Assembly (NCBI RefSeq): GCF_001194135.2
Contig: NC_068988.1
Span: 4,615,930-4,679,929 of the forward strand
DNA: 64,000 nucleotides
Reading direction: 5' to 3'
Origin: Octopus bimaculoides
Lineage: Eukaryota
A model generated the notes under the pieces. The model did no database searches. It saw nothing but the letters and a program-made list of their open reading frames with translations, and had not been told where the DNA came from. A program made the translations under genes and the position numbers. Of the stretch, positions 1-13,645 are shown piece after piece (the first letter of the stretch is position 1; each line of letters opens with the position of its first letter).

Positions 1-2324
1 TAGGAGTTCAAAGTGTTTGCACTTTAGCGACTGATCAGATATTTTAAGAGAAGTGAACAAATCAAGTATTACACAGTTTTCTACTTGAGACTTGAATATT
101 TAATTGAGACATTGGATGAAAAGATTGTATTGACTAGCTAATGGTTTTAGTGACTGCCATGTCTTCGTAATCAGTCAGCAGGACTCTTTTAGATATCGAC
201 TAAAACATTTTATATGTAAGAGCTATGACTAACCCAACTATTTGGACATTTTTCTAGCATCTATACTATCTCGGCTACTTGAGCACAACCCGAGCAGTTA
301 TAGTGACTCGGCTGTTTGAGCAGGACTTCAATTTGGAATGCACTTATATTGTACTTTCCAGTGTCTGCAGTGGGTTCATCAAGAATGAAGGGAAAGAGAA
401 AAATTAATTATAGAAGGTACGTTTTATCACATTACAGTTATTCAGACATACATCTTACAGAGAAAAGGTTTTGCTGTGAAAAGTTCATGGAGAGAGATGT
501 AGTAACATGCATTTCTTTGACAAATATAATGAACGTTGTTTGGTGACGGTGAATGCACGGTGAGGTTTTTTTAATCGTTGTTACTTTCAGTAATGCTTGA
601 CTACTGCGAGATGACTAAACTTTAGGAGGCTGACATCCCTATGGAGTGAATTAACCACGAGTGAAGGACGATATCCGCATATAAATGTTTGCAAATACCA
701 CAAAATATTAATAAAGGAAAAGAATTATAGATGACTTATCAGAAGCTTGGTGAGCATAAACCGTGGGTGAGACACAGTAGCGTGGACACAGACTGGAAGG
801 AAACGGCTTGGATGCAAACTTTGAAACCATGAGTTGGGTTACGCCGACGGGTTCGAAGGTTTATGAATGTAAATATCCTACTTACCTCTAGTATGTGAAG
901 GGTAACATAACACCGTTATGTGATGTTGATTTACAAGACTTTAAACGAGACATTAATGGCCTCAAAATCACAGATCTGAGAGGGCTTGCATAGGTCATAG
1001 TAGTTGCTAGTTTCTTCAGACACATCAAGTAAAAGATCATTCCCTTTCTTTTATCATCTTCCCTCCTAATTCAACTGCACAGGCACTTTTCTCTATGTTA
1101 TATCCAATTATTATTTTGCATATATTCCGGTTCATATTTTCCTGCAGTTGTATCGAAATGTTATACTAGATCTATAAATGGCTTTTCATTGTGTCCGGTT
1201 AAATCAATATTCTTGACAAACTGACATTACTGGTTTCTCAGTCCTCTACTTCAAAATTTCTTTCAAAATATTCAAGGGCTTTCATCATTATGGAAGAACA
1301 ATGAAAAGGCTTGGTAAGAGAACACACTCTTGATTTGCACCAACTATTGCTGAATATCCGATTAGATGGCGTTATATCATTTATAATTGGTAAGCTGGTG
1401 TTACGTTTTCGTACATTCCACCATACTACTTAACAGCACACATATCCAGTCAATGAAGATGCAGTCAATGAAGGTATAACTGGCATCCCAGGCATTTTTT
1501 GTATTTTGTAGACTAATAACGTTACAGATCTTTTGAATATTGTTTCTCCTTTCTTCTGAACCATCCCGCTTCACTAGATATTATTATCGTTGGCTTTACT
1601 TAAAGCAAGGAAAACAAAAAGCAACGCCTTACAGAAGTGCTTAATTAAGCAATTTGTATTGTCTGTTTGCCCACTTTAAATTATAGTTTCCTTGTTTCAG
1701 CTAAGATATAACGCTTTATTGTATCATTTCAATGATCCATTCTCAACGTTTCCTTTTCAGAGAATCTCCGTAACATATTCCATTCATTGCTTTAGCATGT
1801 CTGCGTCTGTATTGCCTCTCGAGGAATTTATTACATTATAAATTCCTGATTGACTGCGAAACTTTCAAAGTTATTTCGTGTCATTGCTAGAGAAAATTAC
1901 TCTCCTTAAATGTTTTATAACATTCTTATCTCCTTCCATTTTGCGTTTGTAAAGTTACTCGTGGTACTTGATGAAAATGTAAAGGTTCTGTCAATAGAAG
2001 CCTGCAAATGCACATTTTGAGAGTATAATTTATTTTATCCCTTTAACCACTATTTTTCATTACAACACAGTTATTAGTTACTCGGGAAAATTTGTTAAAC
2101 GTTCGAGAAATACAAAACTAAGATATTTTATTTATTTTATGTAACGTTTAACGAGGAAATATTCTTCATGTTTAAATATTGAAGTTGGCATGAGCTGTAT
2201 AGAACCTAATTCTTAATTACATACATACATGTATATATACATTCACATACATTTATATACACACACATTTATATACACATATACGTATACATACATATAT
2301 ATATATACGTATACATACATATAT

Positions 2325-2357
<33 letters not shown>

Positions 2358-3469
2358 CGCATACATATGTATATGCATATATACAAATTTACATAGATAC
2401 GCGTGTGCGAGTGTGTATGTGCGTGTATGCTTCGCGTTATAAAATTCAATATTTCACTATTCTAAATTCAAATCCTTTAGTATACAATTTGTAACAATTT
2501 ATAAAGGCTGTCGTTACAAAAATTAACAAGAATTAATTATTTCAAGTCAGTCGAATATATCCGACAACCACGTTAGGCGGAGCTCCTTAAACGCATGAAA
2601 CCCATTAATACTTAATGAATGCTCCTGATAATGGGAATATTAAGTATGGCACACTATTTAGCTTGGTCATTCATCTTATTGTATGCAACAACTACTAAAG
2701 CGGATTAGCACATTTTACATTAATCTAAATCAGAAGGGATTTTGCACAAACTGTTTTCCTTAAGATAAACGTTTTCTGTTTGTAAAGTTTAGTTTTCTAA
2801 GTGATAAATCTACAAATGTGTTTTTACAACATCAATAATCAATTAGATAAATGGCCGACATATTCCATAACACGAGTTTTATCGTAGAATTTACTTAATT
2901 TATATTTACTTATGGTTTTTACTGCTAGTATTTTTTCAGATTATTTCTCAAGACTGCTAGGAATTGGTTGAATCAATTTATTTTAGAAGTAGTTTTGCCT
3001 CCACATTTATATTTTAGATTTCACACGTTAAGAAAGGGTTTTTAAAAAGGACTTTTAATGACATATAAACAAGTTTGCCAGCTAACGATATAATTAATTT
3101 CAAATCTGGACGATAATTGAAGCCCTACTTGTGTAAGTGACCAGGACAGCACTGGTTGCACTTTCATGATTGGCTCTTCTTGTTATATAATAATAACAAT
3201 AACTTTGGTGCCAGTGAGTCAGTTGATATGTTTGTGCGATAAGTGACAAAAAGAAAGAAATCGAGAGGAGTGAGCTTGAGAGCGAAAGATAGAAATATGA
3301 GAGAACATTTAAACAATAAGTGTCTCTTAATTAAGTGGATAAATTGGTTGTATATTTTTTTAATTAATCAAACGCAGCTGTGGTATTTACTGCTAGGCGT
3401 CAAAAGTCAAGGGAGATTGCTGATTGGTGTTAAAACAACCAACGAGGAGTTACAATGAGTTACAAACTC

Positions 3470-3967
3470 AAATCACTTTCAGCACCTATTATTTATTATA
3501 CAGCAAAATATCCTTGTAATAACTCGAGGAGAACGACAGAACGAGTCAGAGATATTATCAACAAAACTAGTGAAGTACCATTTACTATTTTTAGAGAACC
3601 AGCTGCTTTGTGACTTTGTACCTCATCACAGGAAAGGTTTCAGACTACAAACCATACTGTATCAACAAGGCCCTCGCTGCAGAATTGAATAAAGGCACAA
3701 ATGCATAAAGAAGAGTGAAGCACCCCAATAGAATTCATCAGAAGACATAACAGGGTTGTTGCATATCTTCGTGGGAAGATGTGAGAGGAGGCAACGTGAC
3801 TTTAGAAGAAAATAAATGGAAGTTATTCTCTGAAATACGAAAGTAGATATAGAGATGAACATCTGATCAGACTGAATTATAGCAGATTCGTATTATAAGA
3901 GAGAGAAAATCAGAGTGATAAACAGACTGGATTATACGAGAGAGTGGAGAGAACCTGTATTATAACA
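3470..3967 (+). mobile_element. Possible 3' end of a decayed LTR retrotransposon
   Basis: Remnant RRVKHPNR resembles Gypsy/BEL pol tails. It is followed by purine-rich GTGGGAAGA then TGTGAG...TATTATAACA (TG...CA, about 190 bp). No second LTR was found. Confidence 0.3.
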
Positions 3968-4439
3968 TGCATGCATTATAAGAAAAAGAACCAAAGAGAG
4001 AGAGAGACCGACATTGAGTTCTTGTGCACTAATAAATGACGTTTGTGCAAATGGCAACAAGATCAAAATAAAAGGAGGTTTGTAAACTTTTCAAATATAA
4101 ATAGTTGAAGACTGCTATAGTGGTGGAATATGAACACAAAAATAGCTCCAATCATTATAAAAGCGCTGAAATTCTCGGTCATGGAACAGAAAAGAAAAAA
4201 AAAGGATTTGCCTGAAAGACCTTTCATAAGTTCAGAAAATGGCACCCTTGTGCAGCGCACTTATTATACGTAGAATATTATGAATAAACTCAGAACCGCA
4301 TGGTATTTCGAAACACTAATGATTCTGCCAATCAACAACTATGATGATACAGATAGCGCTACTAGATACTACACATATATACACATGTGTGCGTACCTAC
4401 ATATATTTATATATATTCCTACATGTCGTTTATCTTTGA

Positions 4440-4830
4440 TCATTTACTTGTTTCAGTCCTTAGACTGCGGTCATGTTAGGGCAGAGCCTCGAATTTTTAC
4501 TTGAATGAATTGGCCCCAGTATTAATTTTCCTTTAAAGCCGGGTACTTATTTTATCGGTCTTTTGCCGAACCGCTAATTTACGAGGACGTAAACGCACAC
4601 ACACCAGTTGTCAAGCGGTGGTTGGAACTAACAAAGACACAGACACGCGCACACGCGCTCACACACATACGACGGGTTTCTTTCATTTTCTGGCTACCGA
4701 ATCTACTCACAAAGCTTTTGTTAGCCTGAGGCTAGTTTAGAAGACACTTGGCCAAGGTGACACGCAGTGGGACTGAACTTGGAACCATGCGGTGACGAAG
4801 CAAGCTTCTTACCACACACCACGTCTGCTC
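4440..4830 (-). mobile_element. tRNA-derived SINE, family B
   Basis: Minus strand head GTGGTGTGTGGTAAGAAGCTTGCTT...GGTTCCAAGTTCAGTCCCACTGCG (A/B-box-like). Homologous to copies at 23480-23640 and 52090-52400. Confidence 0.85.
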
Positions 4831-5973
4831 CTTAGACATATAAATATACAGACACATACAAATATATGCATATACGTGTGAGAGAGAGAGATTGTGTGTA
4901 TGTATGTATGTATGTATGTATGTATATGCATCCACACACATACACACATAGGTACATGTATATATATAAATACACATACATAAATACATACATATGTTCA
5001 CATACATGCATATATGCATTCATTCACTATTTATTGACGTAAACAACATGGTCGGACCCGCTATCGCTATTAGCTTCAATGGATACCCCCCCAATTGGCG
5101 TAGCTGTTGCATAGACCAAGTATCGCCAACAATATTTATCTCATACTAAACATTAATCTTAATGAAATGAATACCTCCCCAAATAATTTGTTTGACAACC
5201 ATAGCACTAGTCGTTTCATCATAAATAATTAGAGGTTTTTATTTATTCATGCAATGCATGTTTTGGCTATTTCTTCTAAACGGGAAATTACAGAAGACAG
5301 AAATCAAAGAGAAGAGGGAAAAAAACACAATATTGACCATCATTATTCGAAAAAATGCTTTACTTCTTTCGTCTCACTTCATCTTTCACTCCTACTTAAT
5401 TTCTTTCTTTTTAATCTCTTCCATTCACTCACACATACACTCCCTCTCCCCCCTCTCTCTCTCTCCCCCTCTCTCTCTCTCTCTTTTATCGATATCCCTC
5501 ACACTATCCCTATTTTTCTCTCTTGATGTTTTCTTTTTTCTTTCTTTGCCGCAAACAGTGGAAATAATTGTTTCTGTATGTCGTGCTATATAATTATCCG
5601 TTGACATGTTACCTACGCATTTCTTACGGAAGTCTGCCTGGCTGCACAACCTAGTTCTCTCTGTATTTGCTTCTCTTTAAGAAATAGACTCTCTCTCTCT
5701 CTCTCTCTCCCCCCCCTTTTTTCTCTCACGCGTACACATGCTTTCACACACACACACATTTGTACTCGCACGTACATATGTATAGTTATTCTATGTGTGC
5801 GTGTGTATGTTATGTAAATATATCCTTCGGGGGCCCTAACTCACGTGTCTTCTAACTAAACACTTTAGGATATATTTACATCACATTTACATTATATATA
5901 TATGTGTATATACAGAAATTGATATTATATATATATACACACAATATATGCATGTATATACACAAATTGATAT

Positions 5974-6017
<44 letters not shown>

Positions 6018-6247
6018 NNNNNNNNNNNNNNNNNNNNNNNNNNNNNNNNNNNNNNNNNNNNNNNNNNNNNNNNNNNNNNNNNNNNNNNNNNNNNNNNNNN
6101 NNNNNNNNNNNNNNNNNNNNNNNNNNNNNNNNNNNNNNNNNNNNNNNNNNNNNNNNNNNNNNNNNNNNNNNNNNNNNNNNNNNNNNNNNNNNNNNNNNNN
6201 NNNNNNNNNNNNNNNNNNNNNNNNNNNNNNNNNNNNNNNNNNNNNNN
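6018..6247. other. Assembly gap (N)
   Basis: N-run. Others at 13079-13088, 14549-14558, 23693-24132, 34302-34311, 36331-36381, 44694-44717 and 62535-63091, each abutting a microsatellite on at least one side. Confidence 1.
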
Positions 6248-6869
6248 ATATATAGGGCAAGAGGAGTACAGATAGCACATAACTATTAGGAGCCTTGATG
6301 AATGGTTTTTTTTATCCTTTGTGTTGAGTCCAATAGAAAATAAGAACGCTTTGTGGCATAGGCAAAAAAAAAAATAGTTTGATAGAAACGGCTGGAGGTT
6401 GAAAGGAAAGAAAGCTTATATTTTCAACTTTCTTTTTTGATTGTGATTCAAATAATCATGAAAATACCATAAAATCGGTGCTTATCGCTCACACTACTGT
6501 AAGCCTTGATTATCAAGAGAATTAGAAGAGAATGTTGGACACGAGCCAGCTAGAAGACGTTCGCAACTAAATAAATACGATACCTATGGGAGGAATATAT
6601 GATATATGCATATGTTACCGCTGCCAAATATGCTCGATAACCAAAATACACCGACTATATAATTGGTTAGGAGTATTGCTACATGCTAAGGCAGATATTT
6701 TTGATGCTTACTAATTATATTGCTCTTTCCATCGATTCAAATATATCTAGGCCACAATAAAAATAGAAACTTCCCTTCGTTTTTCGTCTCATTAAAATGC
6801 TTCTTCATATTTGAGACATAACAAAAACAACGTCTATGATAGCAATAATAATAATTTTTTTTTTTTTTT

Positions 6870-8200
6870 ACTCTAGGAAGAACGCCTGAATTTTCGTGGA
6901 AGGAGGCGAGTCCATTACATCGAACCCGTAATTCAAATAGTATTTATTTGATTGACCCCGAAAGAATGAGAGATAAAGTCGACCTCGACAGAATTTGGAT
7001 GTAAAGGCGGACGAAATGCCGCTAATCATTTTGCTTGGTGTGCAAACGATTCTGTGAGCTCCCCACTTTAATAGCCATTATAATTATAGTTTCAAATTTT
7101 GACACAAGGCCAGTAGTTTTGGGATAGGGACCAAGTCGATTATATCGACTCCAGTGCTCAACTGGTACATATTTTATCGATCCAGAAAGAGAAGATGGAA
7201 GGCAAAGTAGGCTTCGGCGGAATTTGAACTTAGAACGTAATGACGGATGAAATGCCGCGAAGAAGGAGGAGGAGGAGGAGGAGAAGGGTTTCTGTTTTTG
7301 GCGCAAGGTCAGTAGTTTTGGGATAGGAACACAAGTCGATTACATTGACTCCAGTGCTCAGATGGTACATATTTTATCGACCCCGAAAGAGAAGATGGAA
7401 AGCAAAGTAGACCTCGTCGGAATTTGAACTTAGAATGTAATGACGACAAAATGCCGCGAAGAAAAAGAAGGAAGGGGAGGAGAAGGAGAAGATGAAGGGT
7501 TTCTGTCTTTGACACAAGGCCAGCAGTTTCAAGAGAAATGTTTTAGTCGATACGTAAAATGTTGGAAGCCATGTCAATAATAATCGTTTCTAATATAGGT
7601 ACAAGGCCAGCAATTTTAGAAGAAAGGATAACTCGATTCAATCAACCGCAGCATTAGATAGTTTATTCTATTGACCTCACAGGCATGAGACACAAAGTTG
7701 TCTTCGGCAATATTTGAACTCACCTTGTAAAGAGCAGGGAGAAATACCACGAGACACTTTCTACCGATTCTGCGAATTTGCAGCCCTTATTCTAACAACT
7801 GTTTCAAGCGGGCACCAACTCAAACTTTCGGTGTTGTGATGAGGTCGGATGAATGGCTGATTGTATCAACCCTAGTACTTGACTTCCCCCGTGGGGAACA
7901 GGAGGAAATTTTGCCTCAGCAGCAAATTGTTAGAAGCCGGATAAATTTATTACAGGTCCTCTAATAATTCTTCCAAACCATCCTTCTGATAATAATAAAC
8001 CCTTTCTATTATATGCACAAGGCCTGAAAATTTGTAGGAGAGGGCTAGTCTTTTATACTGACGCCAGTGTTCAACTGGTACTTATTTTATCGAACTCGAA
8101 AAGATGAAAGGTAAAGTTGGCCTTGACTGAATTTGAATTCAGATCGTAAGAATCTGAAAGGAGTTTTGCATTTTCGCGACGCTTTAAGCATTTTGCCAAG
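6870..8200 (-). mobile_element. Cluster of at least 5 family A SINE copies, including a tandem duplication
   Basis: Repeated reverse complements of the core GTTCAAATTCC..GAGGTCGACTTT...GGGGTCGATAAAAT.GTACCAG...GCTGGCCTTGTG at about 6870-7068, 7095-7260, 7295-7460, 7590-7790 and 8010-8200. Confidence 0.85.
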
Positions 8201-8449
8201 AACTTACAACAAGGTGTAGGGGATATAATTTACATTAAATTGAAAGATCTGACAAGAACATCATAATATACACTGAGGTATATCAATATTTGATTATGTA
8301 AACACAGATAAATTCCGCAAAAACAAACATAAAAGGTAAATAGAGAGGGAGAGGGAGAGAGAAAGAGATTCGTAGATACAAGTTGATATGTAGTAAAGGA
8401 AATAGGAACAACCCACACACACCGGGTTAAGAAGGAACAACTAGGGTTA

Positions 8450-8870
8450 GATGAGAGTCACACATTTAGACAGCTTCTACCCAGTGTACTTTGTACGATC
8501 ACAAAAGCACCACCGAAAAATCTGGTCTCTGAATGTTTCGGAACCGCTTCCCTCTGCAGGTGTGGTGTATCCTTTCCTTGACTTATGTCCTTATCAGCAG
8601 TCTATCCGAGGCTGTTGGTCTCATCATTGTGTATATTATCTTCAGTTTCTTCTTTCGGCAATGTGTTGAAATTGTTCATGAGTTCCTTGTTGGTTAATTG
8701 GAGAACCATGAATTTCATGTTTCCACGAGATGTGTTCCTCATTCCATGTCTTACAGATGTTTGACGGGAAGGCACTTTCCTTTTTTCTGTCTCCAGCAGT
8801 TAATCACTTCTGTCGCACACACATTCACTCTTTCTCATCGTCTTGCCATGATGACCTGATGTAGCTGACT
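8450..8870 (-). mobile_element. Possible CR1-type LINE 3' remnant
   Basis: Degenerate minus-strand translation KGKCLPVK...NNFNTLPKE resembles the CR1 ORF2 tail (..QLFN.LPK.). Many stops. Confidence 0.4.
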
Positions 8871-8970
8871 GCAGCTGAAAGAGATCCTTGGATCCACCAA
8901 ATTCGTAATTATTAGTATTTCTATCATTTATCTTTATCATAGGTTTTGTATTATTATCATTATCATCATC

Positions 8971-9009
<39 letters not shown>

Positions 9010-9449
9010 TCAGTATAAATAAAATTAACTCTGGATTTATTACTCTCCATAGACATGAGCATCAAGCATACTCCTCTGGTTATTATTGTCAAGGATCTCT
9101 ATCTGAAGTGCCTCTTCCTCGAACTACCTATCCTCCCCCATCACTACCACCATCATCACCACATACGATAGTCTAGCTCTGAAAGAGAGAAAGTATTAAT
9201 ATATCGACGCCTAAAAGTAGATAATCGGATGTGGGACTGAGAAAGAACCCCAGTATCAATGGGTAGAGTCGGAGTGTTTTAAAAAGTATGCAATTGTGGC
9301 AATGCAGCGAAAATATGAAATAATAATAATAAACGACGACGACGATGAAGTTGATGATAGTAATAATAATGATGATGGTGATGATGATAACAACATCAAC
9401 AATAATAATAACAGCAAAAACGATTTTTATATATTGATTAAAGTCTATT

Positions 9450-11000
9450 TTTGAGTTGAACAATTTAAGTTAGTGAAGGAAAGGCGAAAACAATTTTAAT
9501 GATTCGATTCTCGGTTTGTTGACCTGTATGTTTCGCCATGGTTGAATGGTTATTGATTAAAGCTAGACTCAATTAGAAACAAAAGTACATTGTAGCACTG
9601 AAGCGAGGCAGATAAATGATAAAATAATTCTACTGAATATCAGATCAATGATGACAGGAAATGGTAGAGAACACTGGTGTTAGGGATAATGCTAGATCAC
9701 AACCAACTTTCATTAATTTCTAAACGTATTTACCTTTGCTTCTACGGGAATTCTTCGACTGAGACGTGAGTTTTCATAGATTGTTTTTTTTTTACCGCAG
9801 TTATCTTTCTGAGGTTCATTTCATAAGCAAAAGGTGACGATTTTCTTCATCCTTTCCATGTGGAGTATTTAATTCCCGTTGGTGTTACAATAAATGTATT
9901 TTTTCTGGGCAAGTCACCAGTCGATCATAGCGACTTTTCTCAGAATTTCTTTCTTATAATCCCATGAGTCTAATAAACTAAGACCTGTAGAATAAAGGAG
10001 GGGCTCTGCTCATGGGTTTTACACAAACAGGGGAGACCGATGACGTCATCACCCGTGTTAACTGATGCAAGTACAAAAACATTTCGAAGAAGGAAATTCT
10101 AAATGATGATGTTGTGGTTTGAACGGTTCGTTAGGGATTTATAGTGGACACCCTATAGACAACGAAAGATGTAGAAGCGATTGAGACATAATCACTTGGC
10201 TGGATGGGGTATGTGACCATCAAACTCTCGAGTGTAGAAGCTAGCTTATTACAGTAGAAAAGACAAAGATATGAAACATCTTATCTGTAGCCAAGAAGAT
10301 GAAATGTTCTTGTAAGCAACTTTATGATAATTAGTCGTGTGGATCCTCCTTGGATGTGGCGTTGGGTAACAACATCGCCCTAGGTGGGAGAGCAGTGCTC
10401 CATTCTGAATCCCCCTTGAACTTTAAACAAATTTTGGAATTGTTTACCGCTCAGATATTTTCTAGTCAGAGAAAGGCCAGCTTTTAAGATGAAATCCTTG
10501 CTATCTTGTAAATGTCCCGTTGCGAGAAGAGACATTTGGAGGGTATTGTCATCATATTTGATCAGAGAACGAATAAATATTTGACAGGAGGAGTCTAGAC
10601 TGTATGAAGTTAACGCTTGAATGTGGACGTTTAGAGAAGAATGGAGAGTAGTAGTACATGTATAAGAGAAGACGTTGTTTCAGATGAAAGGAAATATGTC
10701 GTTGCTGTATAAGAGGAAGACTGTGAAGAGAACATCTGTCGCTGGTGAACAATAGACTTGATAGAGAGTGAGTGTCAGAAAGAAATCCTTCTTCACCTGC
10801 AGAGTAAGTGCGATCTAAGAGGAATGCAAACTGCACGAGTGAAGGAGCAAAGACCATCGCGGATACAGTTTTGATATGCGTTTATAAAAGTGCCAGAACG
10901 ATATATTTATGTTAAGGTCAACTTGAATATATCTTAACAAGGAAAATTCAAGAGCTCTAGCATAAGCGGCTTTACGAAAGCACAGGCTTTAAGAAAGGAG
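9450..11000 (-). mobile_element. Highly decayed Penelope-like element (RT + GIY-YIG remnants)
   Basis: Minus-strand motif remnants in the expected order: FSQRDIYKIA (about F.NG.FYKQ) near 10510, SLSFL near 10255, VHYK near 10140, and FLIE...GETYRS near 9530. Many frameshifts and stops. Confidence 0.5.
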
Positions 11001-11434
11001 AATTACAATGAACCTCTTGCAGTGGATTTTAATTGCCATATATTCTATAACTGTAAACTTAGTCCTTCTTCACTCAGTATATGCTACACTAAGAAGTAGA
11101 GTTCATAACATGGGAAACAAATACCTCCTTGCATCCATTGCAGGGAGGGTTGCCATTTCCACGTTTATTCGTTGAAACAAGGATAAATGCCCGTTGTATA
11201 AGAAACAATGATAAGCATTTTATAGTGTATCTAGTGATGTTCACAGAAAAAAAAAACATTCAGATGGATATAAATCAGACATGATAGGCACTCTGAAATA
11301 AATCGGTTTATATAATGTAAGAATAATTTCGAAAACTAGGCCATAAAAAGACTTTGTGCCTGAAATAAATAAATACAATTAAGTACTTATAAACGAAAAA
11401 TATAAAAAAAAGAAAGCAAAGTTATTTTATTTAC

Positions 11435-11569
11435 CTCATCTTTTTCATCTATTTCATTCAACATGACAATAGTAGAAGAATTGTGGTCGTATATTAGGCG
11501 CCAGAAGTCTACAACTGTGTTAGGGAGTGTCATCTGAGTGACGATGAAGGCATCTCGCTTCTTGTAACT
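11435..11569 (-). CDS. RPTP exon: D2 FIVTQ..LP.T..DFW / IVMLN motifs
   Basis: gtatttttag|AGT TAC AAG ... GAT GAG|gtaaat. The 135 nt (phase 0-0) read [45 protein letters not shown]. Confidence 0.96.
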
Positions 11570-11799
11570 CTAAAAATACATTGGAATAAAACGACATTGA
11601 TATGTTTTAAGAAGAAGAAAAAAAAACAGAAAAAGAAACAATATGTTGAAATATGAAGAAACGAAGTTGAAAAGAAAATATATATACTTTGTCCTTTGAA
11701 ATGGAAAAACAGAATTTGTTGAAGTTAGACGCTTTAAAAAAATGGTAAAATGTTGAAGATAAATAACAGAAATGCATACAAATAGATCATTACATTTTA

Positions 11800-12095
11800 A
11801 ATGGCACTCCGTCGGTTACGACGGCGAGTGTACCAGTTGATTCAATCAATGGAACAGCCTGCTTCAGAGATTAACGTGTAAATGGCTGAGCACTCCACAG
11901 TTCTCAGTGTTATTCAACATTGCACAGAGTGTGACAAGGCTGGCCCTTTGAATTACAGGTACAACTCATTTTTGCCAGATGAATGGACAGGAGCAACGTG
12001 AAATGCTTTTCTCAAGAACACAACGCACATCTGGGAATCGAACTCATAACCATAAGGTCGTGAACTGAATACTACAACCACTAAGCTATGCATCT
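11800..12095 (-). mobile_element. tRNA-derived SINE, family C
   Basis: Shares GGAACAGCCTGC...ATTAACGTG.AA.TGGCTGAGCACTC and GGCTGGCCCTTTGAA with the full copy at 16384-16770, in opposite orientation. Confidence 0.85.
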
Positions 12096-12457
12096 TCCCA
12101 AGTCGGTAACGAATTAAACCTTCCGTCGATTCACCAAAAATTTCAAAACAAGTTATGAAGGAAAGAGTAAACTAGAGCTACAGTATTAGTACATCTCTTA
12201 AAAAGTCTTAGGGGGTGGTCTACGTACAAACTGTGTCGATGTGAGATTTGGCTCGCCATGCTGCAGCCAATTGGCCGTATTATCTGAAGTTAGGTGAAAC
12301 CCTCATTACTGTAAAGGAGGCTGAAGTAACATGAAATAAATGTTTCTTTTTAATAGAACGCTCTTCCACGAACCAATTCCATGTATTTACGATCGTGACC
12401 CTTAACACTCTTCCTCTTTCATACATACAAACAGATACATACATACGTGTCTGTAAT

Positions 12458-12491
<34 letters not shown>

Positions 12492-12783
12492 ATGAAATTT
12501 AGATTCAGTTGAATTAGGTACTTAAATTGAGGCACCTTGTTACCTTGTTAGGACAAACTTATTTGCACACTCAGATGATATTAGGTCAAACACTGCACAG
12601 AATTGTTTCCACCCCATATTCATGCAGGGTATGCAGATGGCACGATCCAACTTAGTGAATAAATCTGCTCTTGCTTGTTCAGACATATACTTTACATAAA
12701 GATACTTTCCAAATACTTCCGAAGAGCAGATTCCAAGGTAGGTGAGTAAAATATAAATGAGTAACAAAGATGTATAAGTTTCA

Positions 12784-12871
12784 GTTAATTACGGCTGTTT
12801 CGAGCGACTCCTTTAATTGATCTATGAAAGCATTACATCATTACAAGGAAGACCGTTCTCATCAGATGACC
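12784..12871 (-). ncRNA. Hammerhead-ribozyme-like motif (type I, degenerate)
   Basis: Minus strand: ggtcat CTGATGA GAACG...(about 55 nt)...CGCTC GAAA C AGCC GTA attaac. Core complete, stem II has 1 mismatch, stem I partly decayed. Confidence 0.55.
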
Positions 12872-13078
12872 GCATAGAGCTCACGCATAAAGGACAAGTT
12901 AGATATTTAAACATATTCATATCATCAATAGAGAGCAAATGTTTACAATTATTCCGCTGCTAAATTTTTGGCAGAAGGAAAAAAGGACAGTACAGCGACA
13001 GAAAATTTGTCCTTTATGCTTGGGGTCTATGAGGTCATCTGATGAGAACGGTTTTCTTTTTAATGTTGTAATGGTTTC
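12826..13078. repeat. Inverted repeat (about 75-bp arms), right side cut by an N-gap
   Basis: GAAAGCATTACATCATTACAAGGAAGACCGTTCTCATCAGATGACC...GCATAAAGGACAA (12826-12897) pairs with TTGTCCTTTATGC...GGTCATCTGATGAGAACGGTTTTC...GTAATGGTTTC (13007-13078). Confidence 0.9.
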
Positions 13079-13571
13079 NNNNNNNNNNTATATATATATA
13101 TATATATATATATATCAGTATACGTGTCTGTGATAATTGTGGATATTAAATTGGGATATCATTAAATGCGCCAGGCTTCCAAATCTTCCACAAATTACAG
13201 CCAGTCCTACCACACCGAATATGAGAAGAGATTGTTAAGGCGGGGATGTATTTTATTCTATGTTTGACTGATCAGGGGCAGTCTAATGTAAATCAACAAC
13301 ATTAACAACATGAGCAACAATATCGTCACGAGCGCCTACACAGCTACTCTACCTGCTAGACATAGTAGCTACATCTTTTAAATCCCACCTTACGTTTTTC
13401 AAATAGGATACACTAGATAATGTAATATAAATAGAAAATGGAAGAATCAAGCATAAAATATTTTGATTATAGGACTTGTGTATCAAAACTGGGCTTAAAA
13501 AACACCAAAATGTATCAACGAAAATAAAATATGACGAAACTTAAATGACAAAAGGAGACTTTGATACTTAC

Positions 13572-13645
13572 ATTAAGGAACACTGCATTTATATAATCAT
13601 TGCTCTCGTCAGCAGGCGTTGTTAGATACGGCCGACATCTGTTGG
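13572..13645 (-). CDS. RPTP exon: D2 DYINA motif
   Basis: tttttctcgttccag|CC AAC AGA TGT ... CTT AAT|gtaagt. The 74 nt (phase 1-0) read (A)NRCRPYLTTPADESNDYINAVFLN; phase matches the preceding exon. Confidence 0.95.

Noticed and set aside
5030-5140. Minus-strand YCWRYLVYATATPIGGVSIE as the next D2 (YWP) exon
   Set aside because: It lacks the WP motif and has no phase-0 acceptor with a polypyrimidine tract or a donor. The next exon is probably left of the window.
12540-12767. 75-aa minus-strand ORF inside the 2-kb intron as an alternative exon
   Set aside because: No PTP similarity, and the flanking exons already join in frame.
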